Positions 18,917 through 28,814 of a stretch of DNA of 33,247 nt are shown in pieces. Every line of letters starts with the position of its first letter. The first letter of the stretch is position 1. The notes under the pieces were generated by a model. It did not search any database. It saw only the letters and a program-made list of their open reading frames with translations, and was not told the origin of the DNA. Source of the DNA: an uncultured Atopobium sp. (GTDB taxonomy: Bacteria > Actinomycetota > Coriobacteriia > Coriobacteriales > Atopobiaceae). The position numbers and the translations under genes are program-made. Location of the stretch: assembly GCA_964621975.1 (NCBI GenBank), contig CAZUOD010000001.1:1-33247 (forward strand), written 5' to 3'.

Positions 18917-19096
18917 GGTCGCACCCTTTCCCCTGGTCTCTCTGCGAAGGGATCAGCCGGCCTGTGAGCTGCACCCCGGAACCTGGACGCGACCATCATA
19001 ACCGCTGGGCGGCCTCCTGAGGGCCCCGTTCCCGGAACTCCGCCGGGGTCAGGCCCCTCATGGACCTGTCGTGCCCAAACCGCGGCCCATCGAACA

Positions 19097-19151
19097 CGAA
19101 AAGGCCTCCCATCTCCCGGGCTCTCGTTTCTCCGTCCACGGAATGGGAGGC
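19097..19151 (-). terminator. Possible intrinsic terminator downstream of the PTS IIA gene
   Basis: Inverted repeat gcctcccat (19104-19112) / atgggaggc (19143-19151), followed on the minus strand by cttttcgtgtt; the loop is long (30 nt). Confidence 0.45.
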
Positions 19152-19204
19152 GGCTCGCTGTCCCGACGGGACCCGGTCGTGTCGCTTGGCGCCTGACGCC
19201 GGAG

Positions 19205-19663
19205 CTAGTCCTCGTCGATACCGACGTTGATGGCGTCGGCGATGGCCTTGCGGTCGTCGGAGCTGCGCAGGAGGTTCTTGAACTCGTCCCTCATGAGCAG
19301 GACGGCAGTCTTGGAGAGGAGCCTGATGTGGGTGGTGCCGGCCTCCCCATCAGGGACAAGCAGGGAGATGGCGATGTCGACGGGCTTGTCGTCGAAGCTC
19401 GGCCAGTCGAGCGGGTGGTCGTTCTTGACCACGATGACGGAGGCGTCCTTGATGGCCGCGGACTTGGCGTGCGGGACCGCGAAGCCATCGGTCATGCCGG
19501 TCTCGCCCATCCCCTCGCGGGCGATGAACGCGTCGTAGACGGCGGAGGCGTCATCGGTGACGCCGAGCTCGACAGCCCTGTCGGAAATGAAGCGCAGCAT
19601 GTCCTCGCGGGTGTCGAGGCTCTGGTTGACGAAGACGTTCTCTTCCTTGACGAAGTCGCTCAC
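19205..19663 (-). CDS. PTS fructose/mannitol-family EIIA component
   Basis: AREGMGETGMTDGFAVPHAKS (phospho-His), LDWPSFDDKPVD; AAAGGAG RBS before GTG. Confidence 0.9.
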   Translation of the reverse strand: MSDFVKEENVFVNQSLDTREDMLRFISDRAVELGVTDDASAVYDAFIAREGMGETGMTDGFAVPHAKSAAIKDASVIVVKNDHPLDWPSFDDKPVDIAISLLVPDGEAGTTHIRLLSKTAVLLMRDEFKNLLRSSDDRKAIADAINVGIDED

Positions 19664-19935
19664 GTGATTCTCCTTTTGCTCAAAGGGGGGCGCCCCTGGC
19701 GGACGTCCATCCTATGGGCCCGTCCTACCAGCACATGATACCGATTGGGGGTGAGGGGACGAAAGTCGCAACTGACTGTTTGCATGGCGCCCTCGGCGGA
19801 CAGGTGCCGAGAGGCGCAGGGCACCGGAGTCGGCTGCGCGCGATCCGGCGCGGGACGCGGACGCGACCGGCCCGCACGGGGCGCCGCACGGCCCCGGCCC
19901 CAGGAGGCTGGGCCGGGTCCGGCGGAACGAGGGTG

Positions 19936-21126
19936 CTACAGCGCGTCTCTGAGGATCTGCTCGATGTCCTCCACGTGCAGCTCCATGAAGGCGCCCGCGT
20001 GGTCTCCGCCGCGGGCGTCAACGGCGCTTACTGCCATCTCGTGGATCTGCTCCTCGGTGGGTTCGATGCCGGCGTCGGACAGGCTCGTGGGCATGCCGAT
20101 GACGTGGCACCAGTCGTCCCAGGCCTCGATGCCGCGCAGGGCGGTCGCGCGAGGGTCGTCGAAGTCGCTCACCACGCCGAAGACGTTGACGCCGAACTGG
20201 GCGAAGCGCTCGGGGCGCACGTCGAGCACGTACTTGGCCCAGCTCGACCAGATGGCGGTGAGGCTCACGCCGTGGGCTATGTCGAACATGGCGCCGAGCT
20301 CCTGACCGATGGCGTGGCACGCGAAGTCGCCCACGACGCCGCAGCCCGTGAGGCCGCAGTGGGACAGCGACCCCGCCCACATGAGGTTGGCACGGGCCTC
20401 ATAGCTCGTGGGGTTGGCCAGCGCCTGGCGCACGGCCGTCCTCACGGTGCGCATGAGGCCCTCGGAGATGGCATCGGTGAGCTCGCTGTGCGGCTCGCGC
20501 GTGAAGTAGCGCTCCATCGTGTGCATCATGATGTCGGCGCCGGGGGCCGCTGTCTGGAAGGCGGGCAGCGAGTAGGTGAGCTCGGGGTTCATGATCGCGA
20601 AGAGCGGACGGGCGCACTCGTGGTTGTAGGAGCGCTTGAGGATCTTGTCGCCCATCGTATCGATGTCGATGACGGTGGAGTTGGAGGTCTCCGACCCGGT
20701 GCCGGCGAGCGTGGAGATGGCGCCGAGCTTGGCGATCTTATCGGTCGAGACCTTGTGGAGGAAGAGGTCCTCGAGGTCGAAGTCGTTGGCCAGGCCGTAG
20801 GCGATGGTCTTGGCGGAGTCGATGGCCGACCCCCCGCCGATGGCGAGCACGAAGTCGACGCCCTCGCGGCGGCAGAGCTCCACGCCCTCCTTGGCAAGCG
20901 AGAGGCGCGGGTTGGGAACGACGCCGTCGAACTCGACGTAGGAGATGCCCTGCTCGGCGAGACTGCGCTCGACGCGCTCGAGGAGCCCGGTGGTGCGGAC
21001 GTAGTCGCCTCCCCAGTGGATGAGGACCTTGGAGCCGCCGCACTCCTTGATGAGACGACCGGTCTCGAGCTCGGTGCCCTTTCCGAAGACGACCTTGGTG
21101 GAGACGCAGTACTCGAAATTCACCAT
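19936..21126 (-). CDS. Iron-containing alcohol dehydrogenase (butanol dehydrogenase/YqhD-like)
   Basis: VVFGKG, GVVPNP, GGGSAID, TLAGTGSE, DIMMHTMERY, HAIGQEL, IAHG; GGAAAGGA RBS before ATG 21126. Confidence 0.9.
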   Translation of the reverse strand: MVNFEYCVSTKVVFGKGTELETGRLIKECGGSKVLIHWGGDYVRTTGLLERVERSLAEQGISYVEFDGVVPNPRLSLAKEGVELCRREGVDFVLAIGGGSAIDSAKTIAYGLANDFDLEDLFLHKVSTDKIAKLGAISTLAGTGSETSNSTVIDIDTMGDKILKRSYNHECARPLFAIMNPELTYSLPAFQTAAPGADIMMHTMERYFTREPHSELTDAISEGLMRTVRTAVRQALANPTSYEARANLMWAGSLSHCGLTGCGVVGDFACHAIGQELGAMFDIAHGVSLTAIWSSWAKYVLDVRPERFAQFGVNVFGVVSDFDDPRATALRGIEAWDDWCHVIGMPTSLSDAGIEPTEEQIHEMAVSAVDARGGDHAGAFMELHVEDIEQILRDAL

Positions 21127-21260
21127 GTTCTGTTCCTTTCCGAGGAATCGTGTGTGGGCGAGGGCCGGAAGACGGCAGCCGGAACCGGAGGCGCAAGGCC
21201 GGGGCGCCCGTCGCGCGCATGGCGGGACGCGCCGCGCACCCCGGCCTCCCCGAGGGAGGG

Positions 21261-22478
21261 CTACTCGGCGGTGAAGTACATGGAGATGCCCTGGCCGCCG
21301 CCGATGCACATGGAGACCATGGCGTCGCGCTTCTCGGGATGGCGGCGGGCGAGCTCATAGGCGCACTTGATGGCGAGAATGGTGCCGGTGGCCCCGATGG
21401 GATGGCCCAGGGAGATGCCGCCGCCGTAGATGTTGACCCTCTCGCCGTCGAGGCCGAGGTCGCGCGCCACCGCGAGGGCCTGGGAGGCGAAGGCCTCGTT
21501 GATCTCGAAGAAGTCGATCTGCGTGAGGTCGAGACCGAGCTTCTCGGCGAGCTTCTTGCTCGAGAGGTACGGCGAGTAGCCCATGAGGGCGGCATCGTAG
21601 CCAGCGACGGCGTAGCCGCGGATCGAGACCATGGGCGTGCAGCCGAGCTCCTCCGCCTTGGCGCGGGTCATGAGGACCACGGCGGCAGCGGCGTCGTTGA
21701 GCGAGGAGGAGTTCGCGGCTGTCACGGTGCCGGTGCCGTCCGTCACGAAGCAGGGCCTCAGCTTGGCGAGGCTCTCGGCGGTCACGCCCTCGCGAGGGTT
21801 CTCATCAGTGTCGAAGACGGTGACCGAGCCCTTGCGGCCCTTCACCTCGACGGGCACGATCTCCTCGGCAAAGACGCCGGCGGCCACGGCGGCCACGGCA
21901 CGCTGCTGGCTGCGGGCGGCGAAGGCGTCCTGCTCCTCGCGGCTCACGTTGAACTTCTTGGCCACGTTCTCGGCGGTGACGCCGTTGTGGGACATGTCGA
22001 GCGGCCAGGTGAGGATGTCGATCACGCCGTCCTCGAACTGCTTGTGGCCCATGCGGGCGCCCCAGCGGGCGTCGGTGACGTAGTACGGGAGCTGCGAGAG
22101 GCTCTCGGAGCCGCCAGCGACCACGACCTCGGCCGCGCCGGTCTGAATCTCCATGATGCCCTCGACGATGGACTGCAGGCCGCTGCCGCACTGGCGGTTG
22201 ACGGAATAGGCGCAGGTCTCGTTGGGAAGCCCGGCCTTGAGGCTGATGCAGCGGGCGACGAACCCGTTCTCGCCCCAGGAGCCCACCTGGCCGATGACGC
22301 ACTCGTCGACGACGGCGGGGTCGATCCCGGCGCGGGAGACGGCCTCGCGCACGACGAGGGCACCCATGTCAATGGCGGAGACGGTCTTGAGCGCGCCCCC
22401 GAACTTGGCGATGGGCGTGCGCGCGCCGGAGACGATGACGATGTCGTCGGGGCGCTTCTCGAAGGTGCGGTTGCTCAT
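21261..22478 (-). CDS. Acetyl-CoA C-acyltransferase (thiolase)
   Basis: ARTPI, NRQCGSG, NEAFA, GHPIGATG, CIGGGQG. Confidence 0.93.
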   Translation of the reverse strand: MSNRTFEKRPDDIVIVSGARTPIAKFGGALKTVSAIDMGALVVREAVSRAGIDPAVVDECVIGQVGSWGENGFVARCISLKAGLPNETCAYSVNRQCGSGLQSIVEGIMEIQTGAAEVVVAGGSESLSQLPYYVTDARWGARMGHKQFEDGVIDILTWPLDMSHNGVTAENVAKKFNVSREEQDAFAARSQQRAVAAVAAGVFAEEIVPVEVKGRKGSVTVFDTDENPREGVTAESLAKLRPCFVTDGTGTVTAANSSSLNDAAAAVVLMTRAKAEELGCTPMVSIRGYAVAGYDAALMGYSPYLSSKKLAEKLGLDLTQIDFFEINEAFASQALAVARDLGLDGERVNIYGGGISLGHPIGATGTILAIKCAYELARRHPEKRDAMVSMCIGGGQGISMYFTAE

Positions 22479-22509
22479 GTGAGAGATCCTTTCTGAGGTG
22501 TCCTTGCGC

Positions 22510-23361
22510 CTACTTGGAGTAGTCGTAGAAGCCGCGGCCGGTCTTGCGGCCGAGCCTGCCCTCGGCGATCATCTGCTCGAGGAGCGGGCAGGGGCGGTAC
22601 TTCTCGTCGCCGAAGCTCTCGTAGAGCCCCTTCATGGTGGCGTAGACGACGTCGATGCCCGTGAAGTCCATGAGCTCGCAGGGGCCCATGGGGTGGTTGC
22701 AGCCGAGCTTCATCCCGTTGTCCACGTCCTCGGGGGTGCAGCCCTCCATCACGAGGAAGGCGCCCTCGTTCTGGTACGGCACGATGAGGCGGTTGACGAT
22801 GAACCCGGGCTGGTTGGGGGCCGTGACCGAGGTCTTGCCGATGGCGTCGGAGAGCTCCTTGGCAGCGGCGAAGGTCTCGTCGGAGGTGGCGTCGCCGCGG
22901 ATGAGCTCCACGAGCCTCATGACGGGCGCCGGGTAGAAGAAGTGCATGCCGATGACGGCCTCGGGACGTGAGGTGGCAGAGGCGATGTCGTTGATGTTGA
23001 TGCCGGAGGTGTTGGTGAGAAGGACCGCGCCGGCGTCGGCATGCTCGTCCATCCGAGCGAAGGTGTCGCGCTTGAGGTCGAGGCGCTCGGGCACGGCCTC
23101 GATGACGTAGCGGGAACCGGCGATCTCGGCGCAGTCGGTGCTGTAGGTGAGGCGGCCGAGGATGGCGTCACAATCCTCCTGGCTCATCTTGCCCTTGGCG
23201 ACCTTCCCGGACAGCAGCTTGGTCACGAGCGCCCGGGCCCTGTCGAGGGGCTCCTGGGCGATGTCGAGGTTCACCACGGTGAGGCCGGCCTGCGCGCATG
23301 CCTGGGCGATGCCGCCGCCCATGAGGCCGCTGCCGATGACCGCTACCTTGACGTTCTCCAT
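22510..23361 (-). CDS. 3-hydroxyacyl-CoA dehydrogenase (Hbd-like)
   Basis: GSGLMGGGIA, IEAVPE, TNTSG, GMHFFYP, PGFIVNR, HPMGP, LGRKTGRGFYDY. Confidence 0.92.
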   Translation of the reverse strand: MENVKVAVIGSGLMGGGIAQACAQAGLTVVNLDIAQEPLDRARALVTKLLSGKVAKGKMSQEDCDAILGRLTYSTDCAEIAGSRYVIEAVPERLDLKRDTFARMDEHADAGAVLLTNTSGININDIASATSRPEAVIGMHFFYPAPVMRLVELIRGDATSDETFAAAKELSDAIGKTSVTAPNQPGFIVNRLIVPYQNEGAFLVMEGCTPEDVDNGMKLGCNHPMGPCELMDFTGIDVVYATMKGLYESFGDEKYRPCPLLEQMIAEGRLGRKTGRGFYDYSK

Positions 23362-23448
23362 GTTCGTTCCTTCCGTTCGCTGTGGTTGCAATGGCCCCCC
23401 GGAGCCGAGGCCTCTTGCCGGTCCCGGACCGTCTGCGCCTTGGGGTCC

Positions 23449-25041
23449 CTATGCGCCGAACCCCGCGGCGAGGCCGCAGGGGCCGTCCTGGACGAAGAGG
23501 GCGGCGTCCATCTCCCGCAGGTCGGGCGAGACGATGGGCTCGAAGTCCATCATGTCGAGGACCTGCGTCTGGAGGTCGACCCCGGGAGCCACCTCGGTGA
23601 GCATGACGCCCTCGGGAACGAGCTCGAAGACGGCGCGCTCGGTGACGATCACCACGTGCTGCCCCTTGGCACGGGCAGCGGGGCCGTTGAAGGAGAGCTG
23701 GCCCACCTCCGAGACCATCTTCCTGATGGACCCCTCCTGCAGGATGGTGAGCCTGCCGTCCTCGAAGCGGTACTTGGCACCCTTGGCGGTGAACGTGCCG
23801 AGGAAGACCACGGTCTTGGCGTTCTGGGTGATGTCCACGAACCCGCCCGCCCCGGCGCAGCGCGGCCCCATCTTGGTGGAGTTCACGTTGCCCTCGCCGT
23901 CGAGCTCCCCCATGCCCATGTAGGTCACGTCGACGCCGGCGCCGTCGTAGTAGTCGAACTGCTCGGGGTGGCTCACCATGGCCAGCAGGTTCTGCCCGAC
24001 GCCGAAGTCGATGCCGCCGAGCTGGACGCCGCCGTAGATGCCGCTCTCGACCGTGATCATGACCTTGTCGGACAGGCCCTCCTCGGCGCAGACGCGGCCC
24101 ACCATGTCGTTGGGGATGCCGGTGCCGAGGTTGACCACGCAGCCGGGGTAGAGCTCCTTGCACCCGCGGCGGGCGATGAACTTGCGCTCGTTGAAGGGTG
24201 CGGGCTCCACTGCCGACGCGGGGACGCGCAGCTTGCCCACGTACGAGGGGTCGAAGTAGATGGAGGAGGTCATGCGGTGGTCCTCCTGCGGGTTGGGGCA
24301 CACCACGACCTGGTCGATGAAGACGCCGGGCACGGTCACATCCTTGGGGTTAATGGTGCCGGTCTGGGCGACCTCGCGGACCTGCGCCACCACCCGTCCG
24401 CCGTAGCGCTTGGTGGCGAGGACCGCGTTGAACACCTCGAGCTTCATCGCCTCGTCGGTGGTGGTGAGATTGCCCATCTCGTCACATGCGGTGCCGCGGA
24501 TGAGGCACACGTCGATGGGCACCTCGTGGTAGAACATGTACTCCTCGCCGTGGTACTCGATGATCTCGGAGATGTCGGGCAGCGAGCGGGTGCGCTCGTT
24601 CATCTTGCCGCCCTCCACGCGCGGGTCGATGAAGGTGCCCAGGCCCACCTTGCTCATCTTGCCGGGCAGGCCGCAGGCCATGGAGCGGTAGAGCTGGGCA
24701 ATCTGGCCCTGGGGCAGGCAGTAGGCCTCCACCTGGTTGTTTGCGATCATGTCCATCCAGCGCGGCTGCAGCCCCCAGTGGCTCCCGATGATGCGGGTCA
24801 CGAGGCCCTCGTGGGCGAGGTGCTGGATGCCGCGGGAGCGGTCGGACTGGCCGCACGAGTGCAGGAGCGTGAGGCCGCAGGGGTGCCCCGTCTCGAGGAA
24901 GCTCCGCTCGATCGCCTTGAGGTTCGACTCGGAGGCCGAGACGAGCGTCATGCCGATGGTGCAGATGGTGGCCCCGTCCGGGATCGATGCGGCGACCTCC
25001 TCGGGGGTGACGAAGTTCGCGGCGAGCGTCTTGTCTGCCAT
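23449..25041 (-). CDS. Family I acyl-CoA:carboxylate CoA-transferase, fused subunits (YdiF/Pct-like)
   Basis: PQGQI, VGLGTFIDPR, VNLGTGIP, TVESG (catalytic Glu), GNVN, GAGGFVDI, TERAVF, EVAPG. Confidence 0.9.
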   Translation of the reverse strand: MADKTLAANFVTPEEVAASIPDGATICTIGMTLVSASESNLKAIERSFLETGHPCGLTLLHSCGQSDRSRGIQHLAHEGLVTRIIGSHWGLQPRWMDMIANNQVEAYCLPQGQIAQLYRSMACGLPGKMSKVGLGTFIDPRVEGGKMNERTRSLPDISEIIEYHGEEYMFYHEVPIDVCLIRGTACDEMGNLTTTDEAMKLEVFNAVLATKRYGGRVVAQVREVAQTGTINPKDVTVPGVFIDQVVVCPNPQEDHRMTSSIYFDPSYVGKLRVPASAVEPAPFNERKFIARRGCKELYPGCVVNLGTGIPNDMVGRVCAEEGLSDKVMITVESGIYGGVQLGGIDFGVGQNLLAMVSHPEQFDYYDGAGVDVTYMGMGELDGEGNVNSTKMGPRCAGAGGFVDITQNAKTVVFLGTFTAKGAKYRFEDGRLTILQEGSIRKMVSEVGQLSFNGPAARAKGQHVVIVTERAVFELVPEGVMLTEVAPGVDLQTQVLDMMDFEPIVSPDLREMDAALFVQDGPCGLAAGFGA

Positions 25042-25043
25042 GT

Positions 25044-26654
25044 CTAGCCCTCCTGGCTGGTGAGAGAGGCGAGCACGAGCTCGCGCACGGCGGCGCGGTC
25101 GGGCTTGTCCCCTACGGTCTGCGGGACCCGGTCCACCATGATCACGTGGACGGGTATCTTGAAGTGCGCGATGCGCCCTTCGAGCGCCTGCTGCACGTCA
25201 CGCTCGGTGGGGTGCTCCCCCGCCGCGGGAACCACGGCCGCGACCGGGACCTCCCCATAGAGCTCGTCGGGGATACCCGTGACGCAGCTCTCCGAGACGA
25301 AGGGGAGCTCGCAGAGGACCTCCTCGAGAGACGAGCACCACACCTTCTCGCCCCCGCGGTTGATCATGTCCTTCTTGCGGTCGACCACCCATACCATGCC
25401 CTCCTCGTTGGCGTAGGCAACGTCTCCGGTCGCGAGCCACCCGTCCGCGTCGGGGCCGCCCGCGACCCCACCGTAGTAGCCCTCGGTGACGCAGGTCCCC
25501 CTGAGGAGGAGCTCGCCGGTCTCGCCGAAGGGGACCTCGGCCCCCTCGTCGTCGACGACCATCGCGTCGACCCCCGGGACGGGCTTTCCGGTGGCCCCGG
25601 CAAAGACCGAGGTGGGCGAGTCGAGCGGGAAGAGCAGGGCCGGGGAGGCGGTCTCGGTCATCCCATAGACCACCTGGAAGGTGGCCGTTGGCATCCACTC
25701 GTGGAAGGAGCGCATGACCGACAGCGGCTCGTAGCTTGAGCCGGAGAGCATGGCGCGCACGCTCGGCAGGCTCGAAAACTCCTCGCGCAGGGGCAGGAGC
25801 GCGGCGAACGACGTGGGCGAGCCGTGAAGGTAGGTGATCTTCTCGTCGCGCACGCACGCAAGCACACGCCGCGCGTCGAAGCGCCGGTGAAGGTAGGTGG
25901 TGGCGCCCACAAGGACGAACTGGACGAGGAGCGCGATGAGGCCCGTCACGTGGTAGATGGGGATGGGGATGAGGCAGCGGTCATCGGGGGTGGTGCCCAT
26001 GAGGCGCTGGTAGACCATCGCGGCGTGGCACACGTTGTAGTTGCGCAGCACCACGCCCTTGGAGCGGGAGGTGGTCCCGCTCGTGAACATCATGATCACC
26101 GGGTCGCTCGGGGTCCCGGCCGCCGGCACGCCCGTGCCGGAGAGGCCCTCGAAGCCGTACCCCGCCTCGACCCCGCGCGACCAGACCACGCGCGTGGGGT
26201 CGACGGGGAAGCTCCGCTGCCATGACGAGAACTCCTCGCCGGCCACGAGCGCGGCGAGGTCGGCGGCGCGCATGAGCGAGGCTGCCTCAGGCTCACGGTA
26301 CTTGGTGGGAAGGGGGACGCACACCGCCCCGAGCCTGGCGATGGCGAACAGGGCGACGGCGAACTCGAGGTCGGCGTGCATGAGCAGCCCCACGTGCGAC
26401 CCGCACCCCACCCCAAGCCCGGCGAGGTGGGCCGAGAGGTCGTCGGTGCGGGCAAGAAGCCCCGCGAACGTGGTGGCACGGCCCCAGTCGTCGACTATGG
26501 CCACGGCGTCTGGGGTCCTGGAGGCAGTGGCCAGCAGGAGATGATAGACGCTCTCGGGCATGTCGTCGAAGGTGTGGACGGCGCGCCCGCCGTACTCGTG
26601 CCACCCCATGCCGCGCTGCAGGCACAGGTTCCAGCAGTCAGCCCCGCGAATCAT
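25044..26654 (-). CDS. Acyl-CoA synthetase (AMP-forming, class I adenylate-forming enzyme)
   Basis: FTSGTTSRSKG, YGMTE, TGD, DRKKDMINRGGEK; ATGA overlap with the glycerate kinase stop. Confidence 0.9.
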   Translation of the reverse strand: MIRGADCWNLCLQRGMGWHEYGGRAVHTFDDMPESVYHLLLATASRTPDAVAIVDDWGRATTFAGLLARTDDLSAHLAGLGVGCGSHVGLLMHADLEFAVALFAIARLGAVCVPLPTKYREPEAASLMRAADLAALVAGEEFSSWQRSFPVDPTRVVWSRGVEAGYGFEGLSGTGVPAAGTPSDPVIMMFTSGTTSRSKGVVLRNYNVCHAAMVYQRLMGTTPDDRCLIPIPIYHVTGLIALLVQFVLVGATTYLHRRFDARRVLACVRDEKITYLHGSPTSFAALLPLREEFSSLPSVRAMLSGSSYEPLSVMRSFHEWMPTATFQVVYGMTETASPALLFPLDSPTSVFAGATGKPVPGVDAMVVDDEGAEVPFGETGELLLRGTCVTEGYYGGVAGGPDADGWLATGDVAYANEEGMVWVVDRKKDMINRGGEKVWCSSLEEVLCELPFVSESCVTGIPDELYGEVPVAAVVPAAGEHPTERDVQQALEGRIAHFKIPVHVIMVDRVPQTVGDKPDRAAVRELVLASLTSQEG

Positions 26655-27808
26655 GCCAGATCACGCTCCCCCATCCGTATGCCGACCCCAACGAGCGAGA
26701 AGACCCTGCGTGCGGCGAGCGAGAAGTTCTCCTCCGCGCGCGCAAGTGCCTCCTCGATTCCGCAGACGTCGATGACGCAGGGGACGAGGGCACTCACCCC
26801 GCAGCCCTCGAGCTCGGTGGCGTCCGCATCCATCCCGCCGACGACGGCGACGCAGGGGACCCCCGCCTCGCGGCAGCGCGCGGCGACCCCGCTCACCACC
26901 TTGCCGTGGGAGGACTGCGCGTCGGCGTGGCCCTCCCCCGTCACGCACAGCGAGGCGCCCTCGAGGGCCTCCGAGAGGCCCGCGAGCGACAGGACCCAGT
27001 CGACCCCCGAGACCATCTCGGCATCCAGGAAGAGGCGGGCGGCGGCACCGAGGCCCCCCGCCGCGCCCGCGCCCGGGAGATTGGCGACAGATGACCCGAA
27101 GGTGCGCTCGAGCACGGCAGCGTAGCTCGCCATGCCGCGCTCGAGCCTCTCGATGGCGTCCGGGCCCGCGCCCTTCTGGGAACCGAAGACGCGAGTGGCG
27201 CCGCGAGGGCCGAGAAGCGGGTTGTCGACGTCGCACATGACATGGAACGACGTGCGACCCACGCGCGGGTCGAGCCCGGAGAGGTCTATGGAACGAACCC
27301 GCTCGAGGTCCGCCCCCACCCCGGCGAGCTCCTCCCCCTCCGAGCCGAGGAGTCGCACGCCGAGGGCGCGGGCGAGGCCCATGCCCCCGTCGTTGGTCGC
27401 GGACCCGCCGATGGCGAGCGACACGTCGGTCGCGCCGCGGTCGAGGGCGTCGGAGATGAGCTGGCCCGTGCCGAACGTGCTCGTGACGAGCGGGTCCCTC
27501 TCCGAGGGGGCGAGAAGCGGAAGGCCGGACGCAGCCGCCATCTCGATGACGGCGCGCCCGCCCGGAAGCATCCCGTAGGTGGCCTCGACGGTCCTGCCGA
27601 GGGGGTCGAGCACGGTCGCGCTCACGAGCTCTCCGCCCGTGGCGCTGACCACCGCCCCCACCGTGCCCTCGCCGCCGTCGGCGACGGAAAGGCTCAGGCA
27701 GGTCGCACCGGGAAGAACCGCGTGGGCCTCGCGCTCGAGAAGCTCGGCGGCACGTGCCGAGGAGATCGTGCCCTTGAAGGAGTCGCATGCGAAGACGAGT
27801 CGCATCAT
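26651..27808 (-). CDS. Glycerate kinase (GarK/GlxK family)
   Basis: DSFKG, ADGGEG, EMAAASGL, GGSATNDGG, DVDNPL, GAAGGLG, TGEG..D.QS..GK. Confidence 0.92.
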   Translation of the reverse strand: MMRLVFACDSFKGTISSARAAELLEREAHAVLPGATCLSLSVADGGEGTVGAVVSATGGELVSATVLDPLGRTVEATYGMLPGGRAVIEMAAASGLPLLAPSERDPLVTSTFGTGQLISDALDRGATDVSLAIGGSATNDGGMGLARALGVRLLGSEGEELAGVGADLERVRSIDLSGLDPRVGRTSFHVMCDVDNPLLGPRGATRVFGSQKGAGPDAIERLERGMASYAAVLERTFGSSVANLPGAGAAGGLGAAARLFLDAEMVSGVDWVLSLAGLSEALEGASLCVTGEGHADAQSSHGKVVSGVAARCREAGVPCVAVVGGMDADATELEGCGVSALVPCVIDVCGIEEALARAEENFSLAARRVFSLVGVGIRMGERDLA

Positions 27809-27813
27809 GATGA

Positions 27814-28704
27814 CTAGTCCATCTCCTCCATCTTCCCGTCGCCGAACTGATAGCGGCCCGAGGAGCCGAACAGCCTCATGTAGCGGGCGAGCCACTCGGA
27901 GGCCTTCTCCTCGGCGTCGAGGGAGATGAACAGGTAGTCAGGCTGCTCGTTCTCGGCGATGTAGGAGCGCATGGCCGAGACGTAGGCAGCGGAGTAGTCA
28001 GTCCAGAGGTTGATCTTGTTGATACCACCCTCGACGACGCGCCTGAAGTTGTCGTCACCGGCGCCCGAGCCGCCGTGAAGGACGAGCGGGTAGGAGGGGC
28101 CGAGGGCGCGCTTGATCTCGGCGAGTCTACCGAAGTCGAGGGAGGGGACGTAGTCGGCGGGGTACTTGCCGTGGGCGGTGCCAATCGCGACGGCAAGGGC
28201 GTCGCAACCGGTGCGCTCGACGAACTCGACGGCCATGTCCACCTTGGTGTACATGTCCTCGGAGCGCCCGTCGCCCTCGGCGGCCTGGCCGACGTGGCCG
28301 AGCTCCGCCTCCACGGAGACGCCGTTGGCATGAGCGAACGTCACGATCTGCTGGACGCGACGGATGTTCTCCTCGAAGGGGAGGCTCGAGGCGTCGCACA
28401 TGACGCTCGAGAATCCCGCCTTGATGCAGCGACAGATGTCCTCGAACTCGGTGCCGTGATCGAGGTTCAGGGCAACGGGCACGTCGAGCGGCTCCGCAAG
28501 CGCCTCCACCATGGGGGCGAGCGCCTCGGGGGTCGCGTTGAGGCGCATCTGTCGCGGAGAGACGTCGATGATGAGCGCGGACTTCTCCCTCTCCGCCGCG
28601 ACGAGCGCGGCCTTCACCATGTTGAAGTCGGGGCAGTTCGGAGCAGGAACGGCGTAGTTGTTGACGCTTGCATGGTGGAGCATTTCGCTCATGGAGACGT
28701 ACAT
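27814..28704 (-). CDS. Class II ketose-bisphosphate aldolase (Fba/GatY-like)
   Basis: LNLDHG, GFSSVMCDAS, EAELGHV, AIGTAHGKY, LVLHGGSG, KIN; GAGGAGG RBS. Confidence 0.9.
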   Translation of the reverse strand: MYVSMSEMLHHASVNNYAVPAPNCPDFNMVKAALVAAEREKSALIIDVSPRQMRLNATPEALAPMVEALAEPLDVPVALNLDHGTEFEDICRCIKAGFSSVMCDASSLPFEENIRRVQQIVTFAHANGVSVEAELGHVGQAAEGDGRSEDMYTKVDMAVEFVERTGCDALAVAIGTAHGKYPADYVPSLDFGRLAEIKRALGPSYPLVLHGGSGAGDDNFRRVVEGGINKINLWTDYSAAYVSAMRSYIAENEQPDYLFISLDAEEKASEWLARYMRLFGSSGRYQFGDGKMEEMD

Positions 28705-28763
28705 GGTTGAGTCCTCCTCGCTACCCGCTGCCCGCCTTGCCCGACAGCGGCACTTCTGTTTAG

Positions 28764-28797
28764 AAAAACGCGGGGGAGGGACAGCCCCCTCCCCCGC
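28764..28797 (-). terminator. Intrinsic terminator between PTS IIC and the aldolase
   Basis: 11-bp perfect stem gcgggggaggg (28770-28780) / ccctcccccgc (28787-28797), 6-nt loop, followed by GTTTTT on the minus strand. Confidence 0.75.
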
Positions 28798-28814
28798 CTC
28801 GCATCACGTGAAAC

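Noticed and set aside
18950-19200. Possible ncRNA in the DJ-1 / EIIA intergenic region
   Set aside because: Explained by a terminator-like hairpin and a TATGAT -10 (18995-19000); no recognisable RNA family features.
21261-25041. Butyrate/butanol fermentation operon
   Set aside because: Crotonase, butyryl-CoA dehydrogenase and ETF genes are absent from the cluster.
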